Shown: positions 46,659 to 56,065 of the stretch, piece by piece | Position numbering within the stretch: the stretch's first letter is position 1 | Layout of the letters: each line of letters begins with the position of its first letter | IMG/VR virus record: IMGVR_UViG_3300016643_000133 | Location: 31,728-95,727 of that record | DNA length: 64,000 bases | Reading direction: 5' to 3' (one strand) | From: a virus | The notes under the pieces: model-generated | Seen by the model: only the letters and a program-made list of their open reading frames with translations | Database searches by the model: none | Told to the model about the DNA's origin: nothing | Position numbers and translations under genes: made by a program

Positions 46659-47348
46659 ATGAAAAACACATTAAAACAAGTCAATGAAGCAAGAGTAGAC
46701 AAACACGAAATAAGTGGCTATGTTGTCATTGATGGTCATGTGTTTCGTGATGCCGGCAAATCAGGTCGTTCCACTTATGGTAGATACGCAACAAAAGACC
46801 CAAATTATGTAAAAGACCCTAAAGAAGTTGGTATGCATAGAAATTATAGAAAACCAGATACCGTGTCTTTTTCCACTATAAATGATGCGAAGAAATGGGT
46901 CAAGACACAACCAAAAAAATCTAAAGAAGAAATTGATAGAGTTCATCAAAAATTTGCTGAGCGTGAAAAATATATGAATGAAGAATCACCTATCCACGAT
47001 GAGTTTAAAAAAGCTATGGGTGTTGGTTCTTATGGTGATTTTGTTAAAAAACATGGTGTGTCAAAAACACGAACTATAGTATCTTCTCTCAAAAAAGAAA
47101 GAGATGATATAAGAAAAAAAGAGTGGGCTGGGCCTCAACATATAAAGCACCATGACTTTGCTATTCACGGTTTAAAAAGAGCAATTGGCGAAGATGTAAG
47201 TATGGTTGGTGGTTCACCAGCCAATAATGTTGGTGGTGGAGACATTGCCGGTCTCGGCATCGGCCCACAAGGTGAACCTGGTGTCAAAAAAGGTCAAAAG
47301 AAAAAAGTAATGCCGTTTGCTGTATTTGCTAGAAAATATCCAAAATGA
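46659..47348 (+). CDS. modular head-internal-like protein
   Basis: Late promoter 7 nt upstream; MKNTLKQVNE, MNEE, IGED junctions; PANNVGGG.IAGLG..GEPGV. Confidence 0.6.
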   Translation: MKNTLKQVNEARVDKHEISGYVVIDGHVFRDAGKSGRSTYGRYATKDPNYVKDPKEVGMHRNYRKPDTVSFSTINDAKKWVKTQPKKSKEEIDRVHQKFAEREKYMNEESPIHDEFKKAMGVGSYGDFVKKHGVSKTRTIVSSLKKERDDIRKKEWAGPQHIKHHDFAIHGLKRAIGEDVSMVGGSPANNVGGGDIAGLGIGPQGEPGVKKGQKKKVMPFAVFARKYPK

Positions 47349-47776
47349 TTTTATGGTTATTAAACTCTTGGATTAGTTACATTGTTCATGCCGCATTAAT
47401 TGCTGGTGTGGTTGGTACTTTTTTTGGTTCAATAGTCGCAAGAATTCCCGTAATTGGTAACTATGGCGCAATTGTAAAAACGATTGCATTACCATTATTG
47501 ATTGTTGCTATATTTGCTGAAGGTTATTTGTTTGCATCCAAATCTTGGATAGAAGAATCTAAGAAGTTTGAAGAAAAAGTAAAAGTTGCTGAGCAAAAGG
47601 CTAAAGATGCTAACGACAAATTAGGCCAGGCACTTACAGACAAAAATAATTCAGTTAAGCAACAACAAATCGTAATACAAGAAAGAATTAAAGAAGTTCA
47701 GGTGAAAGTAAATGCTGAATGTAAAATATCACCTGAAGTTGTAAAACTATTAAATGATGCGGCAAAAGTAAAATGA
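47345..47776 (+). CDS. putative inner-membrane spanin (Rz-like)
   Basis: N-terminal TMs, coiled coil, C-terminal Cys, followed by lipoprotein. Confidence 0.6.
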   Translation: MILWLLNSWISYIVHAALIAGVVGTFFGSIVARIPVIGNYGAIVKTIALPLLIVAIFAEGYLFASKSWIEESKKFEEKVKVAEQKAKDANDKLGQALTDKNNSVKQQQIVIQERIKEVQVKVNAECKISPEVVKLLNDAAKVK

Positions 47777-48036
47777 AATACACATTACTATTATTGCCTC
47801 TATTATTGACTGGTTGCTTTAAATCTATACCAGTTAAAATGAGTTTTCCTGATGCGCCAACTGAAATGAAAACGGCTTGTCCAGAATTAAAACAAGTAAA
47901 AGAAAATGCTGAGATGAGTGATGTATTAGAAGTTGTAGCAAGTAATTATGGTACATACCATGAGTGTAAAAATAAAGTAGATGCATGGATTGAATGGCAT
48001 AAACAACAAAAACAAATAAGTGATAACATAAAATGA
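47773..48036 (+). CDS. putative outer-membrane spanin lipoprotein (Rz1-like)
   Basis: Lipobox LLTGC, Pro-rich segment, CPEL...NY..YHEC. Confidence 0.7.
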   Translation: MKYTLLLLPLLLTGCFKSIPVKMSFPDAPTEMKTACPELKQVKENAEMSDVLEVVASNYGTYHECKNKVDAWIEWHKQQKQISDNIK

Positions 48037-48440
48037 AAAAACTATTGTTAGTAGGTTTAATTTCTAGCACACTATCTGGTTGTGCATTGTGGGACGCTTA
48101 TATGATGGCAGGTTATGATACTACAGAATATGCATTAGTGAATCGTATCAAAACTCAAGCAGAGTTAGCAATAGAAGATTGTAAAGATGCAGTTAAATCT
48201 AAACAAAATGCGGATAATCTGTATGGTACCGCAGTTGAATTGAAGAATTTTTCTACAAACATTCCTCGTAATGAAGATACTGCCAAGTTAGCAGGTAATT
48301 TGGTAGAGCTTACTAAACAAGGAAAAGAACAATATGTTAAAAATTCTAATGTATCTGAAACTTTTTGCAAACTCAAGCTACAACAAATTGGTCGCTCTGC
48401 TGAAGTGGCCCAAAAAGTCATAGGGAGAAAACCAAGATGA
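48033..48440 (+). CDS. lipoprotein
   Basis: Lipobox TLSGC. Confidence 0.7.
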   Translation: MKKLLLVGLISSTLSGCALWDAYMMAGYDTTEYALVNRIKTQAELAIEDCKDAVKSKQNADNLYGTAVELKNFSTNIPRNEDTAKLAGNLVELTKQGKEQYVKNSNVSETFCKLKLQQIGRSAEVAQKVIGRKPR

Positions 48441-48643
48441 ATTTACAAGAAATAGAACAGCAATACAATCAATATACCGGAATGTATCATACAGGCGATA
48501 TTACCAAAGAAGAATATGTAAACCTTTTGCAAGGTTTAGAAGTTGAAAAGGCAGTTTCACTTAATGCCGAAGAATTACAATATAAAGAACAATTAAACAT
48601 GGCTATTAATGCCGCAATTTCAGCTGCGAGTGTGTTAGCATGA
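48437..48643 (+). CDS. hypothetical protein
   Basis: ATGA overlaps on both sides. Confidence 0.6.
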   Translation: MNLQEIEQQYNQYTGMYHTGDITKEEYVNLLQGLEVEKAVSLNAEELQYKEQLNMAINAAISAASVLA

Positions 48644-49269
48644 CAGAGATTACATTAGACCAATTAAAACAATTATTGCCAAAAAACCCTTATGTTGACC
48701 ATTGGCACCATGCATTGGCACAATTGTTACCAGATTATGAAATCAATACACCAAATCGTATTGCGGCTTTTATTGCACAATGCGCTCACGAATCTGGTGG
48801 TTTTACGGCGTTGAAAGAGAATTTAAACTATCGTGCTGCATCTTTGCGTAAGTTATTTCCAAAGTATTTTCCTACTGATGAATTAGCAAACGATTATGCT
48901 TCACGACCAAATAAACAAGAGGCCATTGCCAACCGAATCTACGCTAATCGTATGGGAAATGGACCAGAAGAAAGTGGCGATGGTTTTAGATACTGTGGTC
49001 GTGGTCTGATTCAGTTGACAGGTAAAAGCAATTACGAAAATTTTGCGATGAGTATTGAAACTCCTGTTGAACAAATACCAGAGTATCTTGCTACATTTGA
49101 GGGTGCTGCACAATCGGCCTGTTGGTTCTGGGAAACCAATAACCTCAATAAGTGGGCAGATACGGGTGATATCAAAGAACTCACAAGGCGAATCAATGGT
49201 GGTTACATTGGGTTGGAAGACCGAATCAAACACTATGAACACGCTCTTCATGTGATGGGTGGTCATTAA
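48640..49269 (+). CDS. glycoside hydrolase family 19 endolysin
   Basis: FIAQCAHESGGF, ENLNY, YANRMGNG, GRGLIQLTG, RINGG. Confidence 0.9.
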   Translation: MTEITLDQLKQLLPKNPYVDHWHHALAQLLPDYEINTPNRIAAFIAQCAHESGGFTALKENLNYRAASLRKLFPKYFPTDELANDYASRPNKQEAIANRIYANRMGNGPEESGDGFRYCGRGLIQLTGKSNYENFAMSIETPVEQIPEYLATFEGAAQSACWFWETNNLNKWADTGDIKELTRRINGGYIGLEDRIKHYEHALHVMGGH

Positions 49270-49493
49270 TGAAGTGGTATCATAGTATGCTTACTGATGG
49301 TACCGATGACGGTATCAGTAGCAAAAGAGTTGTAACACTTTTGGCATTTATATTGTGTGCTGCAGGTTTTATTGGTGATTTAATTTGGAATTTAGATGTA
49401 AAAGATGCCATCTATGAGGGCATGATGTATATTGCGATTGCAGGATTAGGATTCACAGCATCAGAAAAATTTGCTAAAAAGGAAGAAAAATGA
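49269..49493 (+). CDS. putative holin
   Basis: SSKRV, two TM helices, basic C-terminus, directly after endolysin. Confidence 0.6.
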   Translation: MKWYHSMLTDGTDDGISSKRVVTLLAFILCAAGFIGDLIWNLDVKDAIYEGMMYIAIAGLGFTASEKFAKKEEK

Positions 49494-49690
49494 AGAACTT
49501 AATTTTTGTAGCGGGCCTTGTTTTTGCCGTTCCTGCTTTTGCTGAAGCAGAAATCAAAGAAGTTTGCAAAGACAAAGTAGACAAAGCAGGTAAAGTTGTC
49601 AAAGGTAAAGACGGCAAAGTTGTGCAAGAGTGTAAGAAAATTAAAGTGCATAAGAAGTTAGAAGGCACTAAGGTTCCTGAAAAGAAATAA
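49490..49690 (+). CDS. small secreted basic protein
   Basis: Signal peptide ending AFA; two Cys; Lys-rich. Confidence 0.6.
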   Translation: MKNLIFVAGLVFAVPAFAEAEIKEVCKDKVDKAGKVVKGKDGKVVQECKKIKVHKKLEGTKVPEKK

Positions 49691-50124
49691 TGTTGCCTGA
49701 CGAACAAAAATTATATGACATTGAAATGAAAGTCGGTCTGCTTGGCAAAGATGTTGAGCAGACCGACCGTCTTTGCGAGAAACTTTCGGAATCAATTGAA
49801 AAACTTCAGGAGGTTAACGCAAACCTATTGCGAATGATTACCTTGCATGAGCAAAGGCACGAGCAACACGAAAAGGTAGAAACAGATTTGAAAGAAGATA
49901 TAAAAGATTTACACGATAGAATTGACCAAGTAGAACGGCATATTTCTGAAAGAATTGACGCTCTACGGGCCGACCTTATGAGCCACAAAAAACATGATAA
50001 TGTAGTAGGCGATACCCTTAAAGAAATTGACAAATATAAATGGATGATTTTGGGTGCCGCTATTGCTATTGGTTGGATTATTGGCAATGTTAACTTAGGT
50101 GTTTTAGGCACACTATTCAAATAG
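49690..50124 (+). CDS. coiled-coil protein with C-terminal membrane anchor
   Basis: Heptad repeats then KWMILGAAIAIGWIIG. Confidence 0.65.
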   Translation: MLPDEQKLYDIEMKVGLLGKDVEQTDRLCEKLSESIEKLQEVNANLLRMITLHEQRHEQHEKVETDLKEDIKDLHDRIDQVERHISERIDALRADLMSHKKHDNVVGDTLKEIDKYKWMILGAAIAIGWIIGNVNLGVLGTLFK

Positions 50125-50126
50125 TA

Positions 50127-50155
50127 TTGATTTTCTGTGAGATTTATGTTATGAT
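50127..50155 (+). promoter_or_regulatory. sigma70 promoter for primase (leaderless geometry)
   Basis: TTGATT-17 nt-TATGAT; ATG 6 nt after -10; no SD. Confidence 0.6.
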
Positions 50156-50161
50156 TATATT

Positions 50162-51193
50162 ATGTCGCTTCCCATTGATACAAAGTACCTCCGTTTAGTT
50201 TCTTCTCGCTTGCGTAACTTCAAGCAGAAGAATACTTATTTGTATAACTTCAGTTGCCCTTACTGCGGCGATAGTCAAAAGAATAAATCCAAAGCCAGAG
50301 GCTATGTCTTTCAAAAGGGCAATGACCTCATCTATAAATGCCATAACTGTGGGGTAGGCGCAAATGTTGGTAACTTCCTCAAGCATCTTGACGAATCACT
50401 ATACCGAGAATACACTCTGGAAAAGTATAAATCAGGTGAATCCAATAACTCCCATTCAGCGAACACAATCCTCAACATATCACCGCCCAAATTTGGCCGA
50501 GTTGAGAAACAAAAAATATTTGAACACGCAGAATGGTGTGACAAATTACCAAGTGGACATTATTGTTTAGATTATTTGAAAAACCGCAGAATATCGCAGT
50601 CACATTACGACAAACTGCTTTTCACTAAACATTACAAACAATTCTGTGATGCGCTTATACCTAATCATGGCAAGCAACTCTATGATGATGCACGGCTCGT
50701 AATTCCGTTTTATGATGAGTATGATGAATTGATTGCTGTGTCTGGTCGTGCATTAGAAACAAGTGACAAAACAATACGATATGTCACACTTAGAACCAAC
50801 AATTCGGATAAAAAATTAATTTATGGCATGAACAAAGTTGATTTGAAACAACCATTGAAAATTGTTGAAGGTCCAATAGATTCAATGTTTCTTACGAATT
50901 GTGTGGCAAGTGGTGATGCTAATTTAATGATTGCATCAGATGAAATTTCAGCAGATGATAAAATATTAATTTTTGACAATGAACCACGAAATAAAGAAAT
51001 CGTGAAGATGATGCAAGATGCAATCAAATCGGGTCATAATGTTGTGATTTGGCCAAGTAATACGGTAGGAAAAGATATTAATGAGATGATTATTGCTGGA
51101 AAACCTGTGGATGAGATAGAAAGAATTATAAGTAGTAACTCCTTCAGTAGTATTGAGGCGCAGTTGAAATTTAATATGTGGAAGAAAATATGA
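50162..51193 (+). CDS. gp61: DNA primase
   Basis: CPYCGDS...CHNC zinc finger, VEGPIDS, FDNEPRN, KDINEM TOPRIM. Confidence 0.95.
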   Translation: MSLPIDTKYLRLVSSRLRNFKQKNTYLYNFSCPYCGDSQKNKSKARGYVFQKGNDLIYKCHNCGVGANVGNFLKHLDESLYREYTLEKYKSGESNNSHSANTILNISPPKFGRVEKQKIFEHAEWCDKLPSGHYCLDYLKNRRISQSHYDKLLFTKHYKQFCDALIPNHGKQLYDDARLVIPFYDEYDELIAVSGRALETSDKTIRYVTLRTNNSDKKLIYGMNKVDLKQPLKIVEGPIDSMFLTNCVASGDANLMIASDEISADDKILIFDNEPRNKEIVKMMQDAIKSGHNVVIWPSNTVGKDINEMIIAGKPVDEIERIISSNSFSSIEAQLKFNMWKKI

Positions 51194-51870
51194 ATGTGAA
51201 ATTAATTAGTCATTCACAGCCAACAAAGCAGTTAGCAAATAGTGGGTTGGCTTACGCTCATGAATTGGTTGCTTTTTGTGCTCGTGTATCAAACCCAAGC
51301 AATCAAACCAACACAGAAACAAGTGAGAAGTTAATTCGTTATCTCATAAAGAATCAACATTGGTCACCATTAGAGATGGTGAGTGTTTGTTTAGAAATAG
51401 AAACTACAAGAGATATCGCAAGACAAATGCTTCGTCACCGTTCATTTTCATTTCAGGAGTTTTCACAGCGTTATGCTGATCCAACAAAGGACTTAGAATT
51501 TGAATTGCGTCAATGTAGATTTCAGGATACAAAGAATCGTCAAAACAGTATTCCATGTGACGGTACTTTGGGACAAGCATTAATTAGTGATGAATGGAAA
51601 CACAAACAACAAGTCCTTATTGCACTTGCCAAAGAAACATATGAATGGGCAATCAAACAAGGCATAGCAAAAGAGCAGGCTAGGGCTGTTCTGCCCGAAG
51701 GCAATACTGTCTCTCGTTTGTATATGAATGGAACATTGAGGTCGTGGATTCACTACATACAACTCCGTTCTGCAAATGGCACACAGAGTGAACACATAGA
51801 AATAGCAAAGAAGTGCGCTGAAGTAATCGCCAAAGTATTTCCGATGGCGAATGAATTTGTAACAGAATAA
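51190..51870 (+). CDS. thyX: flavin-dependent thymidylate synthase
   Basis: HWSPLE, RHRSFSFQEFSQRY, EQARAVLP, TQSEH. Confidence 0.95.
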   Translation: MNVKLISHSQPTKQLANSGLAYAHELVAFCARVSNPSNQTNTETSEKLIRYLIKNQHWSPLEMVSVCLEIETTRDIARQMLRHRSFSFQEFSQRYADPTKDLEFELRQCRFQDTKNRQNSIPCDGTLGQALISDEWKHKQQVLIALAKETYEWAIKQGIAKEQARAVLPEGNTVSRLYMNGTLRSWIHYIQLRSANGTQSEHIEIAKKCAEVIAKVFPMANEFVTE

Positions 51871-51888
51871 TAATAACTGGAGTATTGA

Positions 51889-53685
51889 ATGTCTGACACC
51901 ATCCACGGCATTGCCGTTGATTTTTCCCGTGATTCTCTTTTTGATGAACTAGGTATTAAAAGATTAAAAGAAAGTTATATGCGAGAGGATGAGGCCTCTC
52001 CACAAGAAAGGTTCGCATATGTATCTAAACATTTTGGGTCGTCAACTGAACACTCGCAAAGGCTATATGAGTATAGCTCTAGACATTGGCTTTCTTATTC
52101 TACTCCCATTTTATCTTTTGGTAGGTCTAAGCGTGGTCTTCCTATTTCATGTTTTCTTCCATACTTGGATGATTCTGCGGAAGGTTTGGTTGATTGCCTC
52201 TCAGAAGTCAACTGGCTTTCCATGTTAGGAGGCGGAGTTGGAATCGGTATTGGAATTCGTTCGGCTGATGACAAATCTGTTGGCGTTATGCCTCATCTTC
52301 GCACTTACGACGCTTCTAGTTTGGCTTACAGACAAGGCCGCACCCGCCGTGGCTCTTACGCTGCTTATCTTGACATTAGCCATCCTGACATTCTCATATT
52401 TTTGGAGATGAGAAAACCAACAGGCGACCAAAACATGAGGTGCCTAAATCTACACCATGGTATTAATATTACAGATGATTTCATGCACCTCATTGAAAAA
52501 TGTATGCTTGACCCTGAAGCAGACGATACATGGAATTTAAAAGACCCACATAGCGGTGAAGTCAGAGATACAATTTCTGCTCGTGAATTGTGGCAGCGTA
52601 TCTTAGAAATTCGTATGCAAACAGGTGAACCGTATTTGCATTTCATTGACACAAGTAATCGTGAAATGCCAGAGTTTCAAAAGAAACTTGGTCTATCAAT
52701 CAAGCAATCAAACTTGTGTAGTGAAATCATTTTGCCTACAGACAAAGAGCGCACAGCAGTATGTTGCCTTTCATCAGTTAATTTAGAATATTATGATGAA
52801 TGGAAAAATGACCCATTATTTTTGCGTGATGTAGCAGAAATGCTTGACAATGTATTACAACACTTTATTGACAATGCACCAGATACAGTAAAAAGAGCCA
52901 AATACTCTGCGATGCGTGAGCGTTCTATTGGTATTGGTGCGTTAGGCTTTCATGCATATCTACAAAAGAGAAACCTTCCGTGGGAATCTGCACAAGCAAC
53001 TGGTGCCAATATTAAAATGTTTAAACATATAAGGGAAAAATTAGATGAAGCTAATAAACAACTTGGCACAGAGCGTGGTGAAGCTCCTGATGCAGCCGGT
53101 ACCGGTTTACGCTTTAGTCATATGTTGGCTATTGCTCCTAATGCTAGTTCATCCATCATCATGGGTAACACTAGCCCTTCTGTTGAGCCTTTTCGGGCTA
53201 ATGCTTATAGACAAGATACATTAAGCGGCTCTCACCTCAACAAGAACAAATATCTGGACAAAATCATCAAGGAGAAGTGTGATGCGGACGAAAAGCTTGA
53301 CTACAATGAGATTTGGTCCTCAATCATCGCAAATGACGGAAGCGTTCAACATCTCAACTTTTTGGATGAATGGCAAAAAGATGTGTATAAGACCTCTATG
53401 GAAATTGACCAGAGATGGGTTGTTGACCATGCAGCTAACAGACAGAGTTACATTGACCAGGCGCAGTCAGTCAACCTTTTTTTCAGACCTGATGTAAATG
53501 TAAAGTATCTGCACGCTGTTCATTTTCAAGCATGGAAGCAAGGATTAAAAACATTGTATTATTGTCGTAGTGAGAAGTTGGCTAAGGCCGATAAAGTAAG
53601 TAAAAAGATAGAGCGCCAGGTGATTGAAGAAATAGATTTAAAAGCATTGGCAACAGAAGAAGTTTGTTTAGCTTGCGAGGGATAG
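51889..53685 (+). CDS. nrdA: class Ia ribonucleotide reductase alpha subunit (no ATP cone visible)
   Basis: PISC, SNLCSEI, VCCLSS, APNASSS, KTLYY, C-terminal CLACEG. Confidence 0.95.
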   Translation: MSDTIHGIAVDFSRDSLFDELGIKRLKESYMREDEASPQERFAYVSKHFGSSTEHSQRLYEYSSRHWLSYSTPILSFGRSKRGLPISCFLPYLDDSAEGLVDCLSEVNWLSMLGGGVGIGIGIRSADDKSVGVMPHLRTYDASSLAYRQGRTRRGSYAAYLDISHPDILIFLEMRKPTGDQNMRCLNLHHGINITDDFMHLIEKCMLDPEADDTWNLKDPHSGEVRDTISARELWQRILEIRMQTGEPYLHFIDTSNREMPEFQKKLGLSIKQSNLCSEIILPTDKERTAVCCLSSVNLEYYDEWKNDPLFLRDVAEMLDNVLQHFIDNAPDTVKRAKYSAMRERSIGIGALGFHAYLQKRNLPWESAQATGANIKMFKHIREKLDEANKQLGTERGEAPDAAGTGLRFSHMLAIAPNASSSIIMGNTSPSVEPFRANAYRQDTLSGSHLNKNKYLDKIIKEKCDADEKLDYNEIWSSIIANDGSVQHLNFLDEWQKDVYKTSMEIDQRWVVDHAANRQSYIDQAQSVNLFFRPDVNVKYLHAVHFQAWKQGLKTLYYCRSEKLAKADKVSKKIERQVIEEIDLKALATEEVCLACEG

Positions 53686-53744
53686 CATAGGTTACTTACA
53701 GAAGTATTGAGATTTATAAATATGATTTTTAGGAGTAATCTATG
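53686..53744 (+). promoter_or_regulatory. RBS/AUG-occluding hairpin enclosing a late promoter
   Basis: CATAGGTTACTT pairs with GAGTAATCTATG; TATAAATA 53715-53722 lies between the arms. Confidence 0.75.
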
Positions 53745-54374
53745 AAACCATATTATTATGTAATCAAACATAAACCGTCAGGTAAATTATATGCAGGTTC
53801 ACAATATGGAAAGAATAGTGATCCAAATAATTTGTGGGAAACATATTTCACATCATCCAAGCTTGTAAAAGATTTGATTGAGAAGGATGGTGTAAATTCT
53901 TTTGAAATTGAATATGTAGATTGTAGGCCTGATGCAAGAGAATACGAACAAAAATATTTGATGGCAATGTATGAAAAGTATGGTCGTGAAAAATTTTTAG
54001 ATAAGTTTTTGAATCGCAATTTATCTCCTGGAATTTTATTAACTGAAGAAATAATTGCAAAAGCCAACGAAAAAAGAAAAATTAGTAATTCAATTTCTGC
54101 TAAAAAGTTAATAGAAGAAGGAAGACACAATTTTCAAAAAACAAACGCAGGTAATTATGACCATGTAAAAGAATTAAGGTCTGCGAGGATGAAAGGTAAT
54201 AATTATGGTTCTCTCAGAAAAGTTGATGGAGAATTAAGGAAAAAGTTGTCAGATAAATCAAAAGGAAACACCAATGTCCGCGGAACAAAATGGTGGACAA
54301 ATGGAGTAGTAAACAAAAGAAGTTTGGAATGTCCTGGTGAAGGATTTGCGTTAGGTACAAAAAAAGGAAAATAA
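53742..54374 (+). mobile_element. free-standing GIY-YIG-like homing endonuclease gene between nrdA and nrdB
   Basis: PYYYVI...KLYAGSQY, YFTSS, AREYEQ, FLN; C-terminal KWWTNG...CPGEGF.LG module. Confidence 0.75.
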
Positions 54375-55364
54375 ATGTCAAAGAAAAAGCATTCGTTAAC
54401 AGATGAAAGACAATCATTTAAACCGTTTCATTATCCATGGGCATACGAGGCGTGGTTAAAACACGAACAATCCCACTGGCTTCACACGGAATGTCCTATG
54501 CTAGAAGATGTAAAAGATTGGAAAAATAAATTAACATCAAGTGAGAAACAATTTCTTACACACATTTTCCGTTTCTTCACACAAGGTGATGTGGATGTGG
54601 CAGGTGGTTATGTAAAGAATTACCTGCCATATTTTCCACAACCAGAAGTTCGTATGATGCTATTGGGCTTTGCGGCTCGTGAGGCACTTCATGTTGCTGC
54701 CTATTCACATTTGATTGAAACACTTGGTCTGCCTGACACCATGTATAATCAGTTTTTAGAATATGATGCAATGAAGCAGAAGCACGATTATGTTTTAGAC
54801 ATTTCTTCACAAAATACCTCAAAAGAAAACACCGCAAAGCACATTGCTGTATTTTCAGCATTTACCGAAGGTATGCAATTGTTCAGTTCGTTTATTATGT
54901 TGTTAAATTTCCCACGCAACGGTACAATGAAAGGCATGGGTCAAATCGTTACATGGTCTATCGTAGATGAAACAATGCATACAGAATCAATGATTAAATT
55001 GTTTAGACAATACATTGAAGAAAACAAAGAAATTTGGAATGATGAACTCAAAGGCGAATTATACACAATTGCAACCAGAATGGTGGAACTAGAAGATAAA
55101 TTTATTGACCTTGCATTTGACATGGGTGAGATGACACGACTAACAAAAGAGGATGTCAAACAATATATCAGATACATAGCAGACAGACGCCTCATTTCTT
55201 TGGGTTTAAAAGGCATTTTTAAAGTCAAAAAGAATCCTCTGCCTTGGGTTGAAGAAATGGTGAATAGTCCTGTGCATGGTAACTTCTTTGAGAACCGTGT
55301 AACTGATTATGCCAAAGGTGCCTTGTCTGGTAATTGGGATGATGTTTGGGGTAAGGCTGCCTAG
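54375..55364 (+). CDS. nrdB: ribonucleotide reductase beta subunit
   Basis: FFTQGDVDV, EALHVAAY, EGMQLFSSF, DETMH, NFFE. Confidence 0.95.
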   Translation: MSKKKHSLTDERQSFKPFHYPWAYEAWLKHEQSHWLHTECPMLEDVKDWKNKLTSSEKQFLTHIFRFFTQGDVDVAGGYVKNYLPYFPQPEVRMMLLGFAAREALHVAAYSHLIETLGLPDTMYNQFLEYDAMKQKHDYVLDISSQNTSKENTAKHIAVFSAFTEGMQLFSSFIMLLNFPRNGTMKGMGQIVTWSIVDETMHTESMIKLFRQYIEENKEIWNDELKGELYTIATRMVELEDKFIDLAFDMGEMTRLTKEDVKQYIRYIADRRLISLGLKGIFKVKKNPLPWVEEMVNSPVHGNFFENRVTDYAKGALSGNWDDVWGKAA

Positions 55365-56065
55365 TGTTCTTACTCATCTACACACTTATTGTCACACACA
55401 TTACCATAGTATGTGTCACGCTCTATCTACACAGAGGTCAAGCACACCGAGGCATTGAGTTTCATCCTGTTTTAGAACATTTTATGAGATTCTGGTTGTG
55501 GTTGACAACTGGAATGGTGACAAAAGAGTGGGTCGCAATTCACCGTAAACATCACAGACATACGGAACAAGAAGGCGACCCACATTCTCCTCATGTCTAT
55601 GGTATCTGGCGTGTATTGTTTGGCGGCGCATTGCTATATAAAGATGCAGCAAAGAATTATGCAATGGTTGAAGCATATGGCGTAGGCACACCAAACGATT
55701 GGATAGAAAAAAATTTGTATTCTAAGTATAGTAAATTAGGTTTTACTTTACTTCTGATATTCAATACATTATTGTTTCATGGTTGGGGAATCGTTATCTG
55801 GTTGATACAGATGGCATGGATTCCGTTTTGGGCGGCTGGTGTCGTAAACGGCATCGGACATTATTTTGGTTATCGTAACAGCGATACAAAAGACAAGTCA
55901 AAGAATATCATACCTTTGGGCTTTATTATTGGTGGTGAAGAATTACATAACAACCATCACGATACACCTGCAAGTCCTAAACTCTCACGCAAATGGTTTG
56001 AGTTTGACATAGGTTGGATGTGGTTGAATATACTCATACAATTAAATTTAGCGAGGTTAAGATGA
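55364..56065 (+). CDS. membrane fatty acid (delta-9-type) desaturase
   Basis: His boxes HRGQAH, HRKHH, HNNHH; DPHSP; TM segments. Confidence 0.9.
   Translation: MFLLIYTLIVTHITIVCVTLYLHRGQAHRGIEFHPVLEHFMRFWLWLTTGMVTKEWVAIHRKHHRHTEQEGDPHSPHVYGIWRVLFGGALLYKDAAKNYAMVEAYGVGTPNDWIEKNLYSKYSKLGFTLLLIFNTLLFHGWGIVIWLIQMAWIPFWAAGVVNGIGHYFGYRNSDTKDKSKNIIPLGFIIGGEELHNNHHDTPASPKLSRKWFEFDIGWMWLNILIQLNLARLR

Noticed and set aside
20600-55364. Introns or inteins in gp43, gp41, thyX, nrdA, nrdB
   Set aside because: All are continuous and of normal length
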